Of a stretch of DNA of 64,000 bases, positions 13,476 through 26,788 are shown piece after piece (positions within the stretch are counted from its first letter, which is position 1; each line of letters starts with the position of its first letter). The DNA comes from the human T2T-CHM13v2.0 reference genome, Homo sapiens, in assembly GCF_009914755.1 (NCBI RefSeq), contig NC_060932.1; one strand, given 5' to 3'. A program made the translations under genes and the position numbers. A model generated the notes under the pieces. The model was not told the DNA's origin. It did not search any database and worked only from the letters and a program-made list of their open reading frames with translations.

Positions 13476-16400
13476 CTATGGCTTATGCTCCAGCCTTATG
13501 CTCCAGATGTCTCCTCCAGCGAGAAGACTGTACCACACATGTTACACACCCTATGATAGGTGTGTCCACACATGGGACTAAGTGATGGCCAGGGTGTGGC
13601 TGTTTCTGGCTAGGGAGTGTGAACAGCAATTTGACATGCACATTGTCTTCTTTTCTTTTCTTTTCTTTTCTTTTTTCCAAAAAAGACTGTGTGCCTGCAA
13701 TCTGGGGCCAGGGCTGTCTCTCCTTACGCAGGCACGTTCCTGCTTGATACTGCAAGGAGCCCAGAAATTCTAAATTTAAGGTAGCCATCCAAGTTTTCAT
13801 GAATGTGTATCTGTCAAAGTAGTAGGATGAATGTTTTTTAACAATGTTTTAGTTTGACTTGGTAGTGTTTTGCTGATACATTATATTATAAATGAGTGCT
13901 TTAAAGATGTACAAACTATATTATTTGATGAAGTGAATACCTATTTAGCGAAATGAATTATGGTATTCAATGTTTTAACTGTGGTAAAATACACATAACA
14001 TAAAATTTACCATCAATGATTTTAAGTGTAAAATTTAATGGTATTAATTCATAAGGTTGTACAGTCATCAATATCATCTATCTTAGTAAGTCTTTTTCTT
14101 TATGAAACTGAAACTCTGTACCAAATAAAAAATATCTCCATATTTACCCTTCCCCCAACCCCTGGTAACCACCATTCTACTTTATTTCTCTATTATTTTG
14201 GCTACTCTAAATACCACATAGAATTGGCATCACACAATGTATATTTTTTTGTGACTGGCTGATTTCACTCAACATCATGTTCCCAATTTTTAATCTATAT
14301 TAGATCATGTGTCAGAATTTCCTTCCTTGTAAGGCTGAATAATATTCCGTTGAATGCATATGCCGCATTTTGCTTGTCCATTCACCTGCTGATAGACACT
14401 TGACCTTTGTCCACAATTTAGCTGTTATGAATAATGCTGCTATGAGCATGAGTGTACAGATACACCTTCAACATATTGATTTCATTTCCTTTAGATATAT
14501 ATAAAAGTGAAACTGCTGGATTACACATGGTGATTCTATTTTTTATTTTTTTAAGGAAATACCATAATTGTTTTCCATAGTGGCCATACCATTATACATT
14601 ACCAAGGTTCCCTATTTCTCCACATTTTTGCCAACAATTGCTTTCTGTGTTCATTTTTTAAATAGTAATTAGCCTATTGGGTGTGAGATATATTGAGCAT
14701 ATTTTCTTATGCCTGCTGGGCCATTTGTATATCTTTTTGTATGTATATGTATGTATTCAAGTATTTTGCCCATTTTTAAATGGGGTTGGTTCTTTTAAAA
14801 ATTTTTATTGAATTTTAGGAGCTCTCTATATATTCTGGGTATTAGTTGCTTATCAGATATATTATTTGCTAATATTTTCTCCCATTTCATGGATTGTCTT
14901 TTTGCTCTTTTGATATTATCTTTTGGTGTATATCTTAAAAATTTTTACATAGAGTTCAATTTGTTTACTTTTTAATTTGTTGTCTATGCTTTTGTTATCA
15001 CATCAAAGAAATTATTACAAAACTTGATGTCATGAGGATTTTTCCCTGTGTGTTATTGTAAGAGTTTTATGTTTTAGGTCTTTTAGCTCTATTTTGAATT
15101 AATTTCTGCATATGATGTTACATAAAGGTCTAACTTCATTTTTTTCTGCATATTGATATCCAGTTTTCCCAGCACCATTTGTTGAAAAAACTGTCTCTTT
15201 TCCATTGAATGGTCTTGACACTCTCAGGAAAAATCATGTGACTCTCTCTGAGGCCTTATTTCTGCACTGCCTATTATATCACATTGGTCCATATGTTCAT
15301 CTGTATGTTTGTTCCACACTGTTTTGGTTACTGTAGCATTGTGGTAAGTTTTGAAATCAAGAAGTTTGTGTTCCAGCTTAATTCTTTTTGATGACTGGCT
15401 ATTTGGGATTCCTTGAGATTCTATATTATTTTAGGATGAGTTTTCTTATTTCTGCAGAAACAAACAAAAATTTATTAAGATGCTGAGATTCTCATAAGGA
15501 TTGCATTGAATCTGGAGATTGCTTCGAGTAGTATTGACATCTTAATGTTATTAAATCGTAGAGTCTATGATAATGGGATGTTTTCCTATTTATTTACCTC
15601 ATCTTTAATTTCTTTCAGCAAAGTTTCATAGTTTTCATTGATAACAGTTTCATCATCTTGGTCAAGTTCATTCTTAAGTATTTTGTTATTTATGATGCTA
15701 TTGTAAATGGGATTGTGTTCATAATTTCTTTTTCAAATTGTTCATTGTTAGTGTTTCCAAATGGAACTAATTTTTCTATGTTGATTTTGTTTCTGGGTAT
15801 TTTGATGAATTTATTTATCTTTTCTAATAATTTTCATGGAATCTTTAAGGTTTTTTTCATATAATGTTATATTGCGTGCAAAGATACTTTTATTTTTATT
15901 CACTTCTTTCCAATTTGGATGTCTTTTATTAGTTTTTCTTGTCTAATTGCTCTGGCTAGACTTTCCAGTACTATGTTAAATAGAAGTAGAAAAAGCAGGC
16001 ATTTTTACATTAGTTCCTGATCTTAGAGGAAAAGCTTTCAGTCTTTCACATTTGAGTATTACATCCTCTGCGAATTTTTTATACATGGCTTGTATTATGT
16101 TGTGGTAGCTTCCTTCTAGTCCTAGTTTTCTGAGGTTTTTTTTTTTTTTAATCTTGAGAGAGTATTAATTGTGTCAAATTCTTTTCTGCATTGTTTGAGG
16201 TAATCATGTGTTTTTTTCTTCCTTCTGTTAATGTCGTATATGCATTGATTAATTTTCATATGTTGAACCACACTTGCATTCCAGGAATATATGCCATTTG
16301 CTCATGGTATATACTTCTTAAATACGCTCCTAAATTGTTAGTATTTTGTTAAGGATTTTTAAATCAATTTTCATAAGAGATATTGGTCTTTCTTGTCTTA

Positions 16401-17784
16401 CATTCTCATTGTTTATTCATTATCAGGGTAACTATCTCTTCATAGAATGAGTTAAGAAGTGTTTCCTCCTCTTCAATTTTTTTTTTTTAAATTGTAGAAG
16501 TTTGGTTTTATTTCTTTAAGTGTTTGGTAGAATCACCAGTGAAACTATGTGGTACAGGGCATTTCTTTGTCAGGAGATTATCAATTACTCACCCAATCTC
16601 CTTACTAGTTATTGGAATACTTATATTTTCTATTCTTTTGTGATTTAACCTTGACAGGTTTTGTGTGTCTAGAAATTTCTCCAACTCGTCTCAGTTATCC
16701 CATTTATTGGTGTACAGTTGTACATAATACTCCCACATAATCCTATTTATTTCCATAGAACTTGTAGTAATGTACATTGTTGATTTTATTAATGCGATTA
16801 GTTTCTTTTTTTAAGCTCATAGATCTAAAGGTTTGTCAATTTCATTGATCCTTTCAAAGAAACAACCTTTCGTTTCATTGATTTTTCTCTATTTATTTTA
16901 ATTCCCTAGCTTAACTCTGCTCCGTTCTTCATTATTTTCTTTCTTCTACTAGCTGTAGGTTTTGTTTGCTCTTTTTTATCCAGTTTCTTAAGTTGTAAAG
17001 TTAGGTTGTTAGTTTTCTGCCTTGTTTTTTAATATAAGCATTCATAGTCACAAATTTCTCAATTAGCATTGCTTTTGGTGCATCTCTTAAGTTTTGGTAC
17101 ATAGTGGTTTTAACTAGCCTCCAAGTATTTTCTAATTGTCCTAGTAATTTTGTTTTTGATTCACTGGCTGTTTAAGAGTAAGTTATTTAATTTCCACAAT
17201 TTTGTAAATTTTTTTAGATTTACTTCTGTTGATTTTTAACTTCATCTCATGGTCAAAGAGGATACTTGTATGATATCTATTTTTTATAATCTATGAAGAT
17301 TTAGCTTGTGGCCTAACATGTAGTCTGTTCTGGAAAAGGTCCCAAGTGCTCTTGAGAAGAATGTTTCACATTTCATTTTTGGACATAGTATTCTGCATAT
17401 GTCTGTTAGATACATTTGATTTATTGTGTTAAGTTCTTTATTACCTTAAATATATTCCCTCTGTTTTTTCTATCCATTATTGAATTGAGATATTGAAATA
17501 TCCAACTATTATTGTAGAACTGCCTGTCTACTCCTTAAGTTTTATCAGTTTTGCTTCATATACTTTGATGGTTTGTCACTAGGTGCATAAATGCTTATAA
17601 TAGCTATATATTACTGCATTGAACTATTTATTAAGATATAATGTTATTCTTTTTGTCTTGTAAACTTTTTGGATTTTTTTTCTGAAGTATGTAAGTATAA
17701 ACACAATATAAGTATAAACTACTCTGCCCTCTTGGTTACTAACTGTATGAAATATCTTTTTCTATTCTTATATTTTTCAATCTA

Positions 17785-18228
17785 CTGTTGACCCTTGAAC
17801 AATGAAGAAGTTAGGGGCACCAATGCCCTGTGCATTTGAAAATCTGCATATTATCTTTTGATGTCTCCCAAACTCAGCTATTAATAGCCTAATGTTGATT
17901 AGAAACTTTATTGATAACATAAACAATTTTTAACAAATATTTTGTATGTTATATGTAATATAGGCTGTATCACAAAAATAAAGATAGGAAAAAGTAAACG
18001 TTATCAAGAAAATCATAGGAAAAGAATATATATAATTATTATTATTTAAGTGGAAGTGTATCATCATAAAGGTCTTCATTCTTATTGTCTTCATGTTGAG
18101 TAGGCTGAGGAGGAGGAGGAGGAAGAGGAGGGTTTAGTCTTATTGTCTCAGAGGTGGCAGAGGCAGAATAAAATCTGTGTGTGAAAGGACCTACTCAGTT
18201 CAAACCCTTGCTGTTGAAGGGTCAACTG
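17785..18228. mobile_element. Tigger2a-like non-autonomous TcMar DNA transposon
   Basis: Terminal inverted repeats ctgttgacccttgaaca / tgttgaagggtcaactg; TA on the left and TG on the right; ~444 bp; (GAG)n internal tract. Confidence 0.88.
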
Positions 18229-19891
18229 TGTTTGTTTCTTTGGATCTAAAGTGAGTCTCTTATGGAGAGCATATACTTAAATTATTGGTTGTTGTTGGTG
18301 GTGTTTTATCTATTCAATGTCTGTCTTTTGATGAGAGAGCTTAATCTACTTACAATTAAACTAATTACTAAACAGAAGAGATTAACTTTGATCATTATAC
18401 TGTTTATTTTCAACATACATGGTAGCTTTTTTGTCCCTTATTTCATGTATTATTGATAAGTGTGTATGTTTAGCTGATTTTTTAAGTAAGGAAACATTTG
18501 AATTCCAATATTATTAGCTTTTATGTGTATATTATAGGTATTATCTTTGTGGGTATCGTGGGGATTACATATACTATCCTAAAGTTGTAACACTCTAATT
18601 TAAATTTTTACCAGCTTAACTTAGATAATATACAAAAACAATTTTTTAGAAGGCCAGCCCTTACCCATTTTGAATGTTGATTTACAAAATTACATCTTTC
18701 AACACTGTGCACCCAGAAATATAAACTAACAATTCTTTTAAATGCATTGTCTTTTAAAGTTGTGTAGAAAACCAAAAAAAAAAATGTAGGTACAAATAAA
18801 AGGTACAATAATATTGGCTTTTTGACTAGTTTTAAAAGTTTATTAGTCTCTCAAATAATGTAGAAAAAAAGTGGAGTTTACAAGCCATTTTTACAATAAT
18901 GCTAGATTTTGTAGTTGCCTATGTATTTCCTTTTTTTCATATATTTATTTCTTCATGTGCATAGGGATTTGTGATACTCACTAGTGTCTTCTCATTTCAC
19001 CCTGTATGACTCAGTGAAGCCTTTTCTACAGGGCAGGTCCAGTGGTAACAAACTACCTCAGCTTTTGTTTCTCTGGGAATATCTTTATTTATCTCTCACT
19101 TTTGAATAAATTTTTTGCTGGATGTAGAATTCTTGGTGACACTTAGGTTGTTTTTGCTTCTAGCATTTTGAATATAATGGCTCATTGACTTCTGGTATCT
19201 AAAGTTTCTGTCTAGAAAACTTCTTATAATTTTATTTTGGATGTCTTATATGTGAGAAGTCACTTCTCTCTTATTTTTTTAAGATACTTTTTGTTGAAAG
19301 TTTGAGTATAATATGACTGAGTAGGTCCCTGAGTTTGTTTTACTTTGAATTCATTGAGCTTCTTATATGTTTATATTATTCTTTTTTACATATTTGGGGA
19401 ATTTTCACCTATTTCTTTAAATGTTTTTTCTTTTCTTATATCTCTCCTCTCTTTTTGAGACTTCTTCAATGTTCATGTTGGTTCACTTGATAGTGTGCCA
19501 CAGGTCCTTAAGCTGTGTATACTTCTCTTTAATCCTTTTTCTTTCTGTTTCTCATTCGCAATAATTTTAATTTTCTATCTTCAATTTCAATGAATTTTTC
19601 TTCTGCCTGCTCAAACCTGTCTTTGAATTCCTCTAGTAAATTTTTCATTTCAGTTATTGTATGTTTTAGCTTTGGAATTTTTTTATTGTTCTTTTTTTGA
19701 GGCTTTGTATCTCTTATGCATATTTACATTTTGTTCACACATTGGTGTTTTAATTTCTCCACATCTTTATTTAGTCCTCTGGCATCTTTAAAATAGTTAC
19801 TTAAAGTTATTTTCTAGTATATGTGCCTTTAGGTATTTTTCAGAGACAGCTTCTGCTGATTGATTGATTTTTGAATGAGCCATACTTTTGT

Positions 19892-19892
<1 letters not shown>

Positions 19893-19936
<44 letters not shown>
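19893..19936. repeat. Pure poly(T)44
   Basis: Uninterrupted T run inside the old L1. Confidence 0.95.
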
Positions 19937-19938
<2 letters not shown>

Positions 19939-20788
19939 ATACCTTGTGAACTTTTGTTGAAAAAACTGGACATTTCAATGTAATAATGTGGTAACTGTGA
20001 AAATCAGATTCTCTACCTTGCCAAGGGGCTTTGTTTTTTGTTATTGTTTTTGGTGTTATAATTATTGCAGGCTGTCTCCCTGTTAAAGATTAGCCTGATG
20101 TGTACACTTAAGATCTCTTCAGGTCTTTTCTGAGCCTGTGCTTTTTTCTGTAAGTGTAATATCACTTTCTAATTTTCTTCATATATGTCGTTACTTTGGA
20201 ATGTCCTAATCTTTGACGTCTGATTTTCAAAAAGGAAAAAGAGAGAGAAATGAAACAGGGCAAGCAGGGAAAGGACACTAGTCTCACATTCACTGGAAAT
20301 CACTTCAGCCAAGGAAGAGAGGCTTGCAACAATGACATGAGGTGGAAAACAATGGCCAGCTGCCTCTTTCTGCATCTCCATGATAAAAGTAGCAATCCGA
20401 GATCAGAACACAGGTTCCCAATATTCAGAGGACAGCATTCCTACTGCTCAATCTGGCTAACACAAGCTGCATGCAAGATGTTCCAGGAACACCTGCACAG
20501 CTACCTGTCAAAGGACTGGAGGTGAGAAATGGGGAGCTGCAATTCTGTTAAGAGCTGAAATTGACCAAAATCAACTACAGTTTACCACCTAAGTCTTCCT
20601 CTAGAAGTTGTAAACCTTAAATAGAATTCAAACTTCCAAAATAGTTACATCAGACAGATTCTTCCAATAAAATATTTGTCTAGGTTGGGGGAGAGATTAC
20701 TGGTGCTTTCTACTCTACTATATTCCCAGAATCCTCTTTTCCTAACCTGTCTTTTAAACATTGCTATTTTTCTCTTTTCCTTATCGAA

Positions 20789-20960
20789 AAAATATGTTCA
20801 ACCATTAATCTTCTGAATTTTTTAATAAATAATTTTGCATAATTTATATTACTATAAAATTTGTACATTCTAAAATATGTTCATTGTTATTAATCTGAAT
20901 TTTTAATAAATAATTTTACAAAAGTTATACTACTATATAATTTATACATTCTGAAAATAT
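20789..20960. repeat. AT-rich tandem duplication, ~83-bp unit, two copies
   Basis: 'aaaatatgttca...ctgaattttt..aataaataatttt...tacattct' at 20789 and 20872. Confidence 0.85.
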
Positions 20961-21565
20961 TGCACATATAGTTTCTTTCCTTTATATGTTGCACAAAACT
21001 GGTACAAATTCACAAGTAATTGATTTTTTAATGAGAAGTTAAGTAAACTAATGGAGTATTTAATTTAAAAGTTTAAAAATTTGGGAGTTACTTATTTTGT
21101 TCTATTGTGTACAGGCATTACACATGAATAAAAATGAATGAAATTTGTAAAAACAAACAACAACAAAATATGTGTGAACAAATAAGATATTGTAGACTAC
21201 TGTTTTACAGCTGTAGATTTCTTTCCCATGTATTCATTCTAGAATATAACCATTACATTACAAAATTGGCATAACTTTTAGATAATAGCCTTATGCCACT
21301 AAAAAGTAAAAAGAAAAAACAGAAATTATATGTGTACTAATAATCACTTTCAATATTTTTGACACTGTGTAAAATTATAATCCATGAGCTTTTCATGTAT
21401 TTCTAAAACCATAAACTTCAAATTTTTTTCTTAAGGAATATTTACCTTGACAAGTAATAAAGTGCTCACAAACATATTTGATAGATTCACAAACTGTTAA
21501 GATGTCATTCTTTATGACTATTTAGGTTTTCATACACAAAAACCAATGTTAAGCACTAAGTTTTT

Positions 21566-22550
21566 CTAAAGAGCTACTGCACAGCAAAGGAAACTATCAT
21601 CAGAGTGAACAGGCAAACTACAGAATGGGAGAAAATTTTTGCAATCGGCCCATCTGATAAAGATCTAATATCCAGAATTTACAAGAAACTTAAACATATT
21701 TAAAAGAAAAAAAACAACCCCATCAAAAAATGGACAAAGGATGTGATCAGATACCTCTCAAAAGAAGACATTTACATGGCCAACAAACATATGACAAAAA
21801 GCTCAATATCACTGATCATCAGAGAAATGCAAATCAAAACCACAATGAGATACCATCTCACGCCAGTTAGAATGGTGATCATTAAAAAGTCAGGAAACAA
21901 CAGATGCTAGAGAGGATGTGGAGAAATAGGAACACTTTTACACTGTTGGTGGGAATGTAAATTAGTTCAACCATTGTGGAAGACTGTGCTGCAATTCCTC
22001 AAAGACCTAGAACCAGAAATATCATTTGATCCAGCAATACCATTACTAGGTATATACCCAAAGGATTACAAATCATTCTACTATAAAGGCACATGCACAC
22101 GTATGTTTATTGCAGCATTATTCACAATAGCAAAGACTTGGAACTAACCCAAATGCCCATCAATGATAGAATGGATAAAGAAAATGTGGCACATATACAC
22201 CATGGAATATTACACAGCCATAAAAAAGGATGAGTTCATGTCCTTTGCAGGGACGTGGGTGAAGCTGGAAACCGTCATTCTCAGCAAACTAACACAGGAA
22301 AACCAAACACCGCATGTTCTCATTCATAAGTGGGAGTTGAACAATGAGAACACATGGACACAGGGAGAAGAACATCACACATGGGGGCCTATTGCGGGGT
22401 GAGGGGCTAGGGATGGGATAGCATTAGGAGAAATACCTAATGTAGATGACGGGTTGATTGGTGCACAAACAACCATTGCATGTGTATACCTATGTAACAA
22501 ACCTTCATGTTCTCCACATGTATCCCAGAACTTAAAGTATAAAAAAAAAT
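21566..22550 (+). mobile_element. L1PA7-like 5'-truncated 3' fragment containing an L1PA8-like internal tract
   Basis: 3'UTR 'gatagcattaggagaaatacctaatgtagatgacgggttg...tatcccagaacttaaagtataaaa'; ORF 22163 gives WIKKMWHIYTMEYY. Confidence 0.92.
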
Positions 22551-23337
22551 GCAAATAAAAGAGACATTATTCATCGTATGATTCCTGTTATTTTGCATAG
22601 CATTATTCTTTGTGAAAATAATATTTTGTCCTCAGGAGGAGAAATATGTAATTGAATGGACAGCAATATATTTTTGGTATGGAGCCATAACACAATGGTA
22701 TAATTACTTTAAAAATTACCTTAGCAATCAAGTTTACAGAGCTAAGGTAAGAGAGAAAGAAAAATAGAGACAGAGAGAGAGAAAAGGGAATAAATTAAGA
22801 AGAGCATGAACATTTCATTTTTATTTTTAACATTTGAGAGTCAACATTTTAACAGATACAAAACACACTAGCTGGATTTTTTTAAGTTATTGTTTGTCTT
22901 AATGGTATGTGATTTCTGCATAAAGGATCTGTAGTTTATATGAATTAAAATTACACAGTAAGCTATAAAATGGATGGTAAGAATGACATGATTGCCATTT
23001 TATTGTATCTATCTTTGTGATATATGTTTTTATGAGCCTAAAGATAAGAACTATAAAGCTCCTACTAGTTCTTTCCAAATTTTAATTTGTCTTTTTAGAA
23101 AAATGAATGTCATTATCAGTAATTATAAATTATATTTTACTTTACCCAACTTTTAAACTTATGTGTATATTTTTGTCATATATAAATATTCACATTATTG
23201 TATATGTACATTTTTCAATACTACATAACTCCCTACTGTTCATAATTATCTTTCTGTCCTACTAGTAGTCATGCTTATATTTGAGTTTCGATAGTTTCTG
23301 GTACATTGCCTTTTGTTCAGTAATAATAAGATAATTA

Positions 23338-23705
<368 letters not shown>

Positions 23706-25343
23706 TTAAATAACTAAAGATAATTAAATTTCAAAATATTTTTAATATGTTTGATAGTGCATATACACAGAAATCTAGAAATATTTATATATTTTTAAAT
23801 AAGTTTTATAAAATTTTAAATAATATAAAATCTCAACATATCTATATAAATAAGAAGGGAGTAAAATTTTGATTTTGCTTTATATCAAATAACACAGGTG
23901 TATTGGCTTATTGTAAAAATAGTGCACGCATGCATTTTTGTAAAATTTTCAATAACAATTTCAACTTGTTTATCAAAAGATATATTTTCAGAATGAACTT
24001 CCTATACATTTGCAAATGTCTACTGAATATGTGGTCTGCCACATCTCTCAATATATCTACAATATCTGCATTTTATTTGGGTTCAGTTCTTAAACCAGTC
24101 CTATTGATTCCATGTGAAATTCTTTCTTTGAAGTCAGTGGAAGGTCTGCATTTGGGAGAGATTCATGGTGTGTGGAGAGAGATGAGAATTGCAAATGTGG
24201 TTTTCAACATCATAAAAGAAACATTTTTTCAAAAATTTAAACAACTAAGCATAAGGTTGATATATAATGTAATATATTTATATTTCAAAACCTCAAACAT
24301 GACCTGATTCTTTTTTTTGCCTGAGGTTTTTATTTCTAATATCTTGAAAATATCAAATTATAAACACCAGCAATAATTTCAGTGAGCTCTCATGTCTTTC
24401 TTATATACGAGATTGCACAAGCAGCAACGTTTTAGCTCCATCACACTTACACCCTCAAATATTTAAGCATTACTTCTACTCATCAACTTTTCCTGTCTAC
24501 TGCTCTATTCTATTATTGCTCTTACCCTCTGCATTTGTCTCCTCCCCATCTGAACAACTAGCTAACCATTTGCTTCTTTTTATAGAAAACCTCCTAGAAG
24601 TTGTCAGTCATTGCTGTCTTCTTCCATTTTCTTGAACTCACTCCAATCAAACTGTAATCCCCACCAATCCACTGGTCATTAACAAAGTCACCAGTGAACT
24701 TCATACTACTAAGTCCAATGGTAAATTCTTATTTCTTAGCAGTATTTAATCTTGTTGAGTACCCAAACTTCCTTGGCACGTTTTCTCACTGGGCTTTATG
24801 TTTTAACATTTTTCCTGCTGTTGAGCCATTTTGGATTCTGTTTCCCTTTGCTGTTTCTTCCTTGCCTTGAATGCTACATGTTGTGCCCAAGGACTCAGTC
24901 CTTATAGCTCTTATTATTTTTTCTGTCTCCATATATTTTCTTTTGTGGATTGCACAAAGTCTTACAACTTTAAATATTGTTTGGGCATGCAATCCCCAAA
25001 ATTTATTTCCACCCCAGTCTCCCCTGTGAGCTCTCAATTTGTTTATCTTACTGTGTAATACACATCTCAAATTGAACATATCAAATCTGAATTTCTAATT
25101 TTTCTCTAAACTATCCATTAAAAACCTTGCTTTTCTGTCTGCATTACCTCAGTATGTAACACTGTCCTTTCAAATATTCAGGCCCCGAGTCATAAGAATC
25201 ATAACGAACTCCTCATTTTTTCCAACTATACATTTTATCCATGAACAATACCAGAGCTCCATCTTCACAATATATCCATAAACTGCCTACTTCAAACCAC
25301 CTCCATGATTACTGCTCCAAAACATCATCATCTCTTGCCTGCA

Positions 25344-26117
25344 TTTTTTTTATAGATTTTGGGGGTACAAGTGCAGTTTTGCTACATGCATATATTGCAT
25401 GGTGGTGAAGTCTGGGCTTTTAGTAGAACTATCACCAGAATAAATTACATTGTACTCATAAATTTCTCATCCTTCACCCCCTTTCCATCCTCCTACCATT
25501 TGGAGTCAACAGTGGCTATTATCCCACACTCTATGTCCATGTGTACACATTATTCAACTCCCATATGTAAGTAAGAACATGTGATATTTTACTTTCTTTT
25601 ATGAGTTATTTCACTTAAGATAATGGCTTTCAGTTTCATCCATGTTACTGCAAAATACATTATTTCATTCCTTTTTTATGACTGAGTAGTATTTCTTTGT
25701 ATAGATGCACCATATTTTCTTTATTCAGTCCTCCACTGATGGGAACTTATGTGGATTCCATATATTTGCTATTGTGAATAGGGCTGTGAAAAACAGACAA
25801 GTGCTAGAGTATTTTTTATTTAATAGTGTTTTTCTTTGTGTGGATACCCAGTAGTGGGATTGCTGGATCAATGATAGTTCTATTTTTAGTTATTTGAGAA
25901 ATCTTTATACTGTTTTCTATAGAGGTTTTACTAATTTATATTCCCACCAACAGTGTGTAAACGTTCCTTTCGTCTGCATCCTTGCCAACATCTGTTACAT
26001 TTTGATTTTTTTAATAACAGTCATTCTGACTGGTGTAAGGTAATATCTCATTGTGGTTTTAATTTGCATTTATCTGATGATTAGTGACGTTGAACATTTT
26101 TTTCATATGCTTCTTGT
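25344..26117 (-). mobile_element. L1PB4-like 3' fragment
   Basis: 'gggggtacaagtgcagttttgctacatgcatatattgcatggtggtgaagtctgggcttttag'; degenerate TSD tcttgcct..atttt on both sides. Confidence 0.85.
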
Positions 26118-26439
26118 CTTGCCTAGATTTTTATAATTACTCCCTTACTATTCTTCCTGATTCTATTATTACCACCCTTAGTTTATTCTCTACACAGCTG
26201 TCAGAACAATCATGTTAAAATACAGACAAACATAACATCGCTCCTGTCAAAACCCTCCAATGTTTGATGTCCTTACAAGGGCCTATAGGGCTCTATGTGA
26301 CCTATCCACCCAGTTACCTCTGACACCTAACGCTCACTCCTTCCAGTCAATCTGGCTTCCTGGTAAGTTTTTGAATATGCTTGTCAAACATTTGCCTCAG
26401 GACCTTTGAATTTTCTACTCCCTCTTCCTGGAATAGTTC

Positions 26440-26570
26440 TATTTCTCATAGTTTAGAAACCTGGGAAGTCCAAGATCAAGGCGCTGGCAGATTCACTTCT
26501 AGTGAAGGTTCTCTTCCTGACTTGCAGATGGCCACTTTCTTGCTCTTTCCTCACATGATGAAGAGGGAGA

Positions 26571-26611
<41 letters not shown>

Positions 26612-26788
26612 CTCTGGTCTCTTTTTCTCTTCTTATAAAGACAAATCCCATAATGGAGGCCCTACTTTTGTGACTTCATAGAAACCTAATTACCTCCCAA
26701 AGGACCCACTTCCAATATCATCATGTTGGAAGTTAGAGCATTAACATATGAATTTGAGGTGGACACAAAAATTCAGTCTATAATAACA
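26440..26788 (-). mobile_element. MaLR LTR (MLT1A0-like), partial, with internal (GA)n at ~26568-26606
   Basis: 'ctgggaagtccaagatcaagg...aacctaattacctcccaaagg...aacatatgaattt...attcagtctata'. Confidence 0.85.

Larger units (their letters stand above)
13972..20737 (-). mobile_element. Near-full-length old LINE-1 (L1MB2/3/4-like 3' end; L1M4-like 5' part), interrupted by Tigger2a
   Basis: 3' end 'gtggtaaaatacacataacataaaatttaccatc...aaactgaaactctgtacc'; continuous degenerate antisense ORF2/ORF1 sequence; putative 5' terminus 'ttcccagaatcctct'. Confidence 0.8.

Noticed and set aside
13482-13506. Short tandem duplication cttatgctccag beside the LTR12 (similar ones at ~48462 and ~50497)
   Set aside because: Ordinary slippage duplications; not part of the TSD.
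12224-13556. Dense cluster of overlapping ORFs, including a repetitive ADWSILQR peptide
   Set aside because: Products of GC-rich, tandemly repeated LTR12 sequence; no coding evidence.
6340-21617. A single fixed inversion between the two inverted L1s
   Set aside because: The L2 flanking the L1PA8 is collinear on both sides and the L1's 5' and 3' ends both look PA8-type, so conversion fits better.
23903-24307. 134-aa ORF in non-repeat DNA
   Set aside because: TTG start, AT-driven composition, no recognisable domain or splice context.
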